Shown here in pieces: positions 53,876-64,000 of a stretch of 64,000 nucleotides of DNA. The translations under genes were made by a program, and so were the position numbers. The notes under the pieces were generated by a model. The model was not told where the DNA came from and made no database searches. It saw nothing but the letters and a program-made list of their open reading frames with translations. Each line of letters begins with the position of its first letter. The first letter of the stretch is position 1. The DNA is from Chrysomallon squamiferum (lineage: Eukaryota > Animalia > Mollusca): assembly GCA_012295275.1 (NCBI GenBank), contig CM022677.1:15810001-15874000 (forward strand), written 5' to 3'.

Positions 53876-55319
53876 GAGATATTATTACACTAGTAACTTT
53901 CATTTTAGTTTATTAATTTATTAATTCAATTAACATTTTTAAAATAGTTATTTACATCCATCAAAATATGTATTTTATTTAAATAATAGTTTTTTCACTG
54001 TTAAATGAAGAAATAAAATTAAAATTAAAATGAAATAAAATATATTTATTTCACACACACTCACACACACACCGTGGTGATTTTAAATCCATTTATAAGA
54101 TAACAAAACAAAACTGTAACACATTTCCAAACTGAGATGTATGATTATTATATTTACTTCTCCAGCTTTACTGTAAACAAAAAGAAAGAAATGTTTAGTA
54201 AACTTCCATTGTTTATGAAACTGAAAATTATTTACATAAACATGATTAGAATCTTACACCATGACCCAAGTTTCTAAAAGTAGGATTTCTTCCTGTGATG
54301 TCTGTTTTGAAGAGAAATAATAATATTATTAATAAGAGAACATTTATTGTTATACAACGTTATTCTTTCTTTTATCGTTCATCGTTCAAGAGTAAAACGG
54401 TATAACTACCTAAGCATGCTGGACCATGCTGACATAAATCCACTTATAAGATAATAAACAAAACTGGAGCACATTTTAGAACTGCGATGTAGCAAGATTC
54501 TGGTGTACAGTCTGTATTTCTCAATACTCGGGTTTTCTGTATGAGTAAATATCATCGTTGTTATCACTTACAGTTACCCATATCAACTGTAGTAAAATTT
54601 CACGTGTAAATCGCACCATTCTTTTCGCCGAATATAAATTTATAAGTATGAGTTTTTTTACTGGTGTCCCCACCTTCACTAGCAATAGTTTAAGTCCTGC
54701 AATGTCCAAGACCAAAGTGAATCCTTTTGCTCTGAGAACGTCACCCGAACAATTCCAAGCAGCAATTGCCATATACGGTCATGTCACATGAAAGTTCCCA
54801 ATAGAAGGCAGAGACATCTTAATCTAGCTTGCTAGCACTTACTCCCCACTAATTACTTGAACACATTACATAATCTGACCTTTACAGAGTAGGAAACAAT
54901 GGCTATTATTTCTCCATTCTACACACTTCCCTACTTAAAATGTTGCCATCCTCAGCAACCAAAAAGCATTTAATAATAATTTTAATTGATATAATAAAAT
55001 CTCTCATAATTTATCTCTATGACATTAAGAACAACGCCATTATGACGCCACCCACGAAAACATTAACATTAAAATAGGATTATCAGGTGGAAAGGTGCCA
55101 GGTTAAGGTAATATTCCACATAGAATATTATAATTAATAGTAATAGTTATATCTTTGATTTTATTATGAGAAGTCTAAAATATTGAAAAATGTATTAATT
55201 GTAACTGGTTTATTACAGGGAAATGTGAGAAAGGGCAACATTAAGCAGATATTTAGTTTGCTTTACAATTAATATTATTCATAGTTATAAATGGAGCAAT
55301 GGATATTTACCTTTAAAAT

Positions 55320-56270
55320 TACTCCTACTTAGCTTTTCAGTGAAACAAGTTCTGTTAATAAATATCACATTAGTATGGAAGCGTTCTCGATATTCACATA
55401 TAATTCTACTGTTGTTTATAAAAACACGCTAACCTGGAAGCCCAATCTACATTTCTGAATGTACACTGTGTTTTCGCAGTAAAATCACACCTGTAATGTT
55501 TACTATAATGCTACAGTACACACGTAAAACAACAACAACAACAACAACAATAGTAATATAAAGAAAAGAACATTTTAATCTTTATTCGATTTCCTTCCTT
55601 CTCAATATCCATAAGACTTCAAACGTTTTTTTTTTTTTTTTTTTTTTTTTCTTTAATCACCAATGTAGGATTATTTTTGAAAAGGTGAGAAGATGATAGA
55701 TTAATAATATGACATTTTATAACTTGACACATTACTTACATTTACTAACGCAGAATGCGCAAGATAAATATTTTGTTTTATAGAAGATCAGTGGATAATC
55801 AGAATTATAGCGCGCGCTTCTGGATTAACGTCATTTTAGAGATTATACAAGAAAAAAAAATCACATGATTATTACAGATAAAACTAAATATTTAACCAGA
55901 ATATTTTAAGAAATGTGGTACTTGTTCGTCCTATACAACGGCGAGTGTTTTGTGAAGAAACGTTTGGATGAAACTTGTGAAGACAAGTCGGGCTGTGCAG
56001 ACGTGTAGCTGGCTGTCTGGATAACACGAGTTTCAGTAAAAATTCTGCTGTCCAGTTTCTATCTTCCAAAAGTCAAGATACAAATCGTATTTGAGTATTT
56101 ACTGAAACATGAAACTTTGACGTATAGTGTAGTTTTCTATGGACAAATTGCTGGAGGGAATTTACGTTCTATAAATTAACAAGATTTCAGTTTTATAAAC
56201 TGAGATCCAACCAAAAATAGCTTGAAATATTATGAATACCTCTATTTACACTGATTATCTTTAACTGAAA

Positions 56271-56325
<55 letters not shown>

Positions 56326-58560
56326 ATATAATTTTAATTTTAATACCGACTGCACAAGTTATATAATGGATGTTGGATATTAATAGTATCATTATATATG
56401 TATTTGAGATGGCGCTAGTTGAATATGATATTTTAAAAGCTTCAAGTAAGATTGTATTTTTTATGATGCAAAATAGAGATAAACCATAACAAAACATCAC
56501 GTTATTTTCACTAAGTATCAACAAACGTCGCTAGTTTTATATATAAGTGTGAATTACGTGTCATTTTACAAAACAGAAAACTTAGCTTATCTCTGTGAAT
56601 TTTAATTTTAATGTCGGTTGCTTTGCAAACTAAAATGTTGTGATTCAAGTAAAGTGTAACTTCTCTCGTGTTCAGTATTAATATTTTAATTTTTTATTTT
56701 TTTGTTGAGAAGAAATTGTAATTTAGTTTAACAGAAAAATATTTCACAACAGAGGGTTCCCCTGTATATCTAGTCATTAAGTTATTTATTTCTGAATTTA
56801 AAAGTCCAGCGCTGAATGCCACTATAAAATAAAAGGTCAGATCCATATAAATGTGATATTTGATTAACAGCAGAACAGATTACATTAATTCACGTTAATA
56901 CATCAAACCAGCGACGTTTGTATTATAAACTGATACTGAGTTAAAATAACGTGATGTTTTATTATATTTTCCTCTATTTTGCTTCATAAAAAATACTGAT
57001 AATTTCACGTCAATTTTATTCTACTAGGAGTCATCAATGACAGACTTTTCATTCTCTGACAACTGATAGACCATTAACATTTTTAATAAAAAAAATATTC
57101 CAGTTTTATGTTATTTTAGTCTTTAGGAAACTGCACTCTGTCTAAAACGGTATATCAGGTTGGTCTCAATGAATCATGCGGTTTTGACAGCGTCCACTGT
57201 ATTTATTTTTATTCTTTATATTTTAGTTATTTATCACATATTAATAGATACGGTATATTGTTTATAGTAATTTGATATTCCTGGAACGTGCCTACACATT
57301 TACATTTATTACTCATTATACAGCTATATACGACGTTTCGTTATCAGCGATTTTCTGTGGTGTGCAGTGACGTACACCAAGAACCCCACAAACAGAAGAA
57401 AGAAACAAACTATAGCTGAAGGCAGATTACTCTCATATAATGTTTTATTTCGAGGGGAAGCGGGATTTCTACTTTTATTTGCGGTATTTGGCTTTAAATG
57501 TTTTCTCAGTTAAATGTAGATTCTAAGAATCACGAACAGTTGACTTCTTTATTAGATACAGGTAATGTACTTTATTGAAATTGTTTTGCTTTTTTCGGGT
57601 GTCTTTTGCTGGCGTGCTGAAATGTTAAATAAAAACATGAAAGTATATATGTTTTAATATATTTGTGAAATTTCAATTGTACTGAGGTAGCATTTCTTTT
57701 CATTATTAATATTAGTGTGTGTGCGTGTCTGTTTAAAACTGTATAAAAGAGTGATTAAAGTGAATTAACAAGATTTCAGTTTTATAAACTGAGATCCAAC
57801 CAAAAATAGCTTGAAATATTATGAATACCTCTATTTACACTGATTATCAAGTGAAACGTGACACAATGTAATGAAATAATGAGTCAAGACAAATACATTT
57901 ATTTTGAAATGACTAAAGACATGAAGATTAACAATGATAAACGATTTTATTACAGCATATTTCTATTGTGTTAGGTCTGTAAAGATAAAAAGGAGTAAAC
58001 GAGGTGACTAGGGAAATGTTTCTCCACCTCAGTGTGGTCAGACAGTCAATGCTGTCATAAAACAGACAGGAACAAATTAATTTTAAAAACTAACTTACAA
58101 ATACTCCTTTTTCTACGTTACTAGAATGGTCACAGTGAAATAAAGTTTGATAAACGTTTGAAATTTACATTTTTATTAAAATATACCAAGAAGAAGCTAA
58201 TCTAACAGCGGTATAAATCGTGCCAAAAATAAAGAAAAGAACATATTAAAACTGTTCAAGTGTAATAACATTGGGCAGAAAAGTTTAAAAATAAATAAAT
58301 AAATAAATAAGACCTTTATAATTCATAACCACTTGATGTAGATGAAAACAATATGTCGTTGTAGCAAGCCTGAATATCAAATTATATTCGAATTTTTCAT
58401 AATGTAAATATTATTTCAGAGTTTAAATCGAATTGTCATCATTTTATTATCTTTATACGTCTTTCATTTACTATTACTTTCTTTTACAACAAAATTTAAA
58501 ACATAGTTCTGAATTGTTATTTTTTCGAGATTTAAAACAATTTAAAAGATTATTTTAATG
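55320..58560 (-). repeat. Inverted mosaic duplicate of the 36.1-44.1 kb blocks, including a GPCR copy (57035-57660, +) and a P4HA 5' fragment (55885-56080, -)
   Basis: 55885-57682 is near-identical to rc of 41378-43166; 57690-58560 is rc of 36150-36995; 55670-55885 is rc of ~40670-40945; 55320-55625 is rc of 43900-44135 plus 41270-41375. Confidence 0.93.
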
Positions 58561-58689
58561 TCGTTTTTAATTTATCTTTCGTTTTCGTCTTGTATTTGTA
58601 TTTATTTATGCATATATTTAGAAGTAGAATTTTATTTTATTTTAAAAATAATCATTTTCTAATTTCATTAGAATTTATTTAATCTGTAT

Positions 58690-58797
58690 AAGAGAGTGCT
58701 TTGTCCGGTTGATTTTTTAATCCAGTTCGCTAGTTCTCCGCTGTTTTTTTTACTAAACATTTTTTCATCTATAAAACATTTTAAAATTGGATACACA
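58690..58797 (-). pseudogene. Possible protein disulfide isomerase/thioredoxin a-domain end fragment
   Basis: VYPILKCFIDEK...SGELANWIKKSTGQSTL resembles PDI GYPTIKFF...ADDIVNWLKKRTGPAATTL. No CxxC visible; short. Confidence 0.35.
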
Positions 58798-59092
58798 AGC
58801 ATTCGGGGTTGTAAGAAATACACTTCTAAAACAATGCATTTATAAATATATTTAAAACATTTCAAACACTGTTTACATAGTATCCTTTTTTATATCTTTA
58901 AATAAAAGTGTAACCTCTCAAAACATTTTCTGACAAAAACACTACTGCACTGGCTGCTACACTATCATTTTTTGTATACACAAGAATGTATGTCGCCAAA
59001 TATAACAATATCGTTATTAAATCTGCCTTTTTTTCTATCAAAGACGTTGTATGGAATGATCTGTTACGGTTGTCTTCGTTCGCAAAAGTTAA

Positions 59093-59154
<62 letters not shown>

Positions 59155-59869
59155 CAACTAGATGGTAACATATTATTAATTAAAATGTATTTATTTAACA
59201 TTATTAATTAATTAATGTATTTATTTATAATTATAATTATTATTATTATTATTATTTAAATAAATCATATAGACTGTCTAAAACCTTTTTATGAGGATGC
59301 TAATGATCTACCTTTTTTATTTTTTTTATTTTGCCTTGAAAGTGAACACCTTCCAATATTTCTTATGTTTAATGTATTTATTTTTAATGCAGGAACATTT
59401 GAAATTCGCTATGACGTTTAACAAGAACAGAAGTTTAAATGTTTAACAACAAATGTAAAGAAAGCTAACAAAGGGTTGAGAAATGGAAAAATGATGAGTT
59501 AATTTTACTTGAATTCTTTCAGTAGCTGTTTTCATTTGTCACCAGTAATCTATGTTTAGTTACAACGGGAAGGTCTACGTTGTTCAAGGCCACCGAGAGA
59601 CGTCCTGTCCGTCTCTTTACAATAATCTCTTACGTCTACAAATCGTGCTGGGGATGGGTATTGAAATTACTTCTTAATTTTATTACACTGAATAAAAATT
59701 ATCATATAAATCATATTTATTTTTAATCCTCGTTGAATTTACCTATCGATAACAAAATAAGACGCAAGTTTTATAATGTCTGTATTATTTATATGAGAAA
59801 TTAAAATTACATTAATTGGAGATTATCAGTTATATTATTCTAGATTAACTTACTTTTATCAGTGTTTTA

Positions 59870-60345
59870 GAAAGAAAAATCTGATATATTCTTAATTATA
59901 TAATTTGGTAAACTTGAATTTTAGATTAATCATGTAGAGAGAGATGTAAATTGTGTCGCGGAATGTCATGTTACTGCGGTCATAAAACAAAGTATCACAC
60001 TATGACACTGAAAGGTGCAGAGTTAATTTTCGATAATATCAATACAATAATAAATACATTATTCATCTAGCACTTAACGCGTTTCTGTATAGTCTTATTA
60101 TTGTTAATAATAAAAAAACTTATTATTAAAGACCATAATTTTTCAGTATATAAGGACATTAATGTTTTGGGGAAAAAATATAAAATTAATATTAATATTG
60201 TTTATAATAAAATATTTCCTTTTTCTGAGGCTTAGAATTGTTTTTGATCAGAGGACTGGTAAATTCATAATAAACAACAACAAAATTCGGTCGATCTGTT
60301 TTGTCATATAAACGGCCGTAATGTTAGCTGAAGGCGTTTTTTCAG
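59870..60345 (+). repeat. Direct copy of 21595-22130
   Basis: Colinear high-similarity match. Confidence 0.9.
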
Positions 60346-61889
60346 GTTTCTGTGTGTGTGTCCATATGTATCTGTCTGTATAAAAATGTTAAATTATCCT
60401 AATTTATTTTGTGAATTTATTAAGAAAAATGCCTTTTTTAAATTGCGAATGTGAAGAAGGACTCGGTATTTTTATTGAAATGTACGCAAACTAATAAAAA
60501 CATGTTCCTTATACCAGTTCAGGTCTTTTGTTTTATGATTTACAGTCAGCGATAGGCTACTGTTACAGAAATATATCAACATTATTAATTTTAACATCTA
60601 AACAACAAGTGTAAGCTAAATAGATATTTCTCTGTACAGAAGACAGCAGGTACAGATCTAGGGTGTGGTGTGTTAACATATTTGTGTGATGAGAAAATAC
60701 CCCAAATGTTCTTTAACACCTCTACGGTATAACACTTTTTTGTTACTTTTTTTCTCTCACACACTGCCTGAAATAAAAAATAAACAGTTACCAAGTAAAA
60801 ATTCTCAAACAGATAGTCATAGAATTTTATGGTAGTTTTAAAGAACAAAAAAAAGAGAGAGACAACGATGAAGGCAGCGAGAAAGATACAATGAGACAGA
60901 GAAAAAAAATAAGGAAGATGATCAAAGAGAAAGAAATAAAAAAGTTTAGTCAACAAAAGATCGTAAAGGGGGCTCGCATTATTAAAATATTTTTTTCTTT
61001 TTTTTTTAATTTTTTTTTTTTACTACATCAGTTTTCTGAGTAAAGATCAAACTTTAAAACAAGGATTCATCTTAATATTATCCCCGAAAAATACAGGAGG
61101 AAAATGTCAAAAAATAAATAGATGAGTATTTTAAAGATGTTCTTTGATTCAAATGGAAATTTTTATATTTAATCATTTCAATACTGAAGACAGCGAGAAA
61201 GATATAATGAGATAGAGAAAAAAAAAAATAAGGAAGACGATCAAAGAGAAAGAAATAAAAGTGAAACCGAAAAGGTACAAAAAACCAACAACATTCTGTC
61301 TTTTTCCTGAGACTGTGTACAAACTGATAAAGTTCCTCACTTATTACAATCAATCATTAATCATTCTGCTGTGGTAATACAAAAAACAATCTCTTATAAT
61401 ACATTTTTAAAGATAGGTTCAACTTTCGTTGTTGTTTTTTTGACCTGCCACATCCAAAATATTACTTCCTTTCCTGTCAGAGTATGAAGACGTTCATTAA
61501 AAAATAAAAAATGATAAAAATTAATATTAAGAAATTAAAATAAAATGAAATCCGAGTGAAATATTCGATAAAAGAACACATACACAAACACACATGCACT
61601 TGTACACATTTTGTGTTATGGTTAACCTTTAAACTAACAGGCCTCAGCTTATATTCAGAATTAATTATGAATTACTACACTGTTTAACCAATATTTTAAC
61701 TAGCACTATTTCCAGAAAATATCTAAAATGTGCTTAGACTATATTTTATTTTACTGAATATCAGCTAAAAACAATTGTTAGCAAAGCTAATAGTAATAAA
61801 ATACACATTAATATCATTTTATTTTATTTTATTTATTTATTTATTTTTTATTTTTATTTTTTTCTCTCTCTTTTTTTGCTTGGGTTTTG

Positions 61890-62466
61890 TGACGTCAGTT
61901 ATGGGCTGTGAAGACAGTGTTATTGACGTTCCTACACAAAATAGCTGAAAATTTCGTAAACGAACGTTCGTAAAGGAAACTCGTATTATTTTAATCTTTT
62001 AAAGTCACTTCATCTGATGAAACTGATAATTTAATAAGGTAAGAGTTTCTTCACCATGTAAGATATATCAGATTTTTGTATCCCTATTCTTGGAGTATCA
62101 AGCGTTCATGCAACAGTGCTAGAACAGTTTTGGAAAATTCACTAATCGTAACCAGTCATACGACAAACGTCAGCCATTTTTTCTTTTTTCTGTTCCGTAT
62201 AATTACAGTATCAATCCAAGGTTGACTGAGTAGAGATCGGATACATAACTGATCAATCCTTATCACTTACTAGATGTAAATCTTCTAATTGTTTCAAGCA
62301 TAATAGTAATTAATTGATCAAGGAAAGAATATTGTCATTGCTTGATTAGACAATAAATAATAATTGTGTTCAGTTCGAGATGAATGTTATTCACTTTGTT
62401 AGTAACTACACATTCTTGTCATCTTTAATTTTACTTACAGATAAATAATGATTAAATAATAATTAA

Positions 62467-62518
<52 letters not shown>

Positions 62519-62655
62519 TAATAACGGAAAATAAACTAGGCAGTTGCTGTTTTAGTTATTATCAGCTGCATTTTACAGTATTTTATTTTTTCCAGAACCT
62601 TCATCTATCAGCTTCTTTTTTTCAGCTGTTCTGTCATGGTGTCAGTAGCAGTGAG
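61890..62655 (+). promoter_or_regulatory. Full CRE (TGACGTCA, 61890-61897) followed by putative 5' exons (to 62038; 62596-62655) of a gene continuing rightwards
   Basis: Strong donors AAG|GTAAGA and GAG|GTGAGT, polypyrimidine acceptor TTTTCCAG|, CpG-containing start. No product identified. Confidence 0.4.
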
Positions 62656-63133
62656 GTGAGTACTTTTCTTAATTTGTCTTTTGAATGAGAAAGATTTGGG
62701 GCAGTTAATTATTTTAATTATAATCTTTCTTTGTTTTTCAGTATTTTTTATTGAAATTCTCTTAACTCCAGGTTAACATTTGAACTTTTGTATAAAATCG
62801 GGATACAATTTCACACAAAAAACAGAATATTAAAAATAGTTTTTACACATGCAAGAATTAATACACATTTCTAATTGTAACTGAAAAATAAATCAGAATT
62901 ACATGACAAATAATGTTTTTAAAAATGAAAAAGAAACAATCTTTTAATTGGTAATTATAACAAATGTGTGTAGTTAAGTAAGTATAATTGATGTGTTTCA
63001 CATACAAGTGTTTCAGAGTACTACTGGTGATGTAGATGAGAACATTCTTCATGAAGCCTGTCTCCATTACCAGATTGGCAGCCATGTTCCAGCTTGATTC
63101 AGAAAAAAGGCATGTGATAAATATATATTTAAA

Positions 63134-63189
<56 letters not shown>

Positions 63190-64000
63190 CTGTTAAGCAA
63201 TCACTAACTGAAACAAAACAAAAAATAATAAAAAGAAAGAAATAGAAAACTATAGAATTTGAATAAGGAAAAATAACAAAGAAGAAAATAAAACATTTTC
63301 AAAAATACGTTATAAAATATGCACAAGATGAACATATGGTTGCAATGATGGCTTGGATTTCATGTGATGTCTTTCTCTACTTCCATTTGAAAAAAGAAAA
63401 TTAAGTGATGCATAAAACATTCTTATAGCATTGTTGTCTTTCTTATTGTCTTTGTATAGTTATTAAATGTAGCAGTAGTTTAAAAATTAAATTACATTCA
63501 TTTTTAACTGAGGGGAATAAGAGAGAACAACATTTGGATATTTAGTGTAATTTTGTACATTGAAACTGTAATATGGATATTTAATATCATACACTGCCTG
63601 TTTTTTCTTTCAGAACCAGTTCTCGATGACAACAAAAACATCTCTTTGATGACAGGTGCCAACAAAAGGGAACAAAGTCTGTACTAGTAGTAACAGCTTG
63701 TTGTTGTTGATGTTGTTTTGTTCTGGTTATTGAAATATTTGAAACTGTCAGCCACTATGCTTTATATAACTTTATATTTTCATGATTTTTGTCTTGTACA
63801 GTAGGAGCAAAGAGAAAATGCAAGATTGAATATGTAACTGTTGTGTTGCAGGTACCAAAATTAAAATATCAAAACATTTTCAGACATCTTAATCTTTCTC
63901 TTTATTTTCTGCGAAAGTTAAGTATTTTCAAAATGTTGACACTAGCTAATTCATCTCTGAAAGTAGTGTTTTATATAAGTGTTCCTTTTTATATTTATAA

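Noticed and set aside
63010-63097. Ankyrin-like ENILHEAC exon
   Set aside because: Single short motif closed by a stop, with no further repeats.

Overview
Very AT-rich, microsatellite-rich animal genomic DNA with GT-AG introns and a 200-N scaffold gap at 35946-36145. It is plausibly a lophotrochozoan or mollusc (inference only). I see no convincing intact protein-coding gene. The window reads as a dense mosaic of decayed, duplicated and shuffled fragments of unrelated genes: a ribonuclease-inhibitor-type LRR gene plus an inverted paralog of its 3' end, three separate CAMSAP/Patronin pieces, calcium-binding EGF exons, a probable single-pass membrane protein, an intronless prolyl-4-hydroxylase alpha copy joined through an A-rich tail to a melatonin-receptor-like GPCR half, a TOPORS-like RING and a weak PDI-like piece. 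Fossil piggyBac, L1/Tx1 and pogo elements and several satellites are interspersed. The most notable structure is a set of nested inverted and tandem duplications (1-5.9 kb, 38.3-40.5 kb, and 36-44 kb versus 55.3-58.6 kb) with microhomology and templated-insertion junctions. All protein family calls come from manual translation and recall of family motifs, not from database searches.
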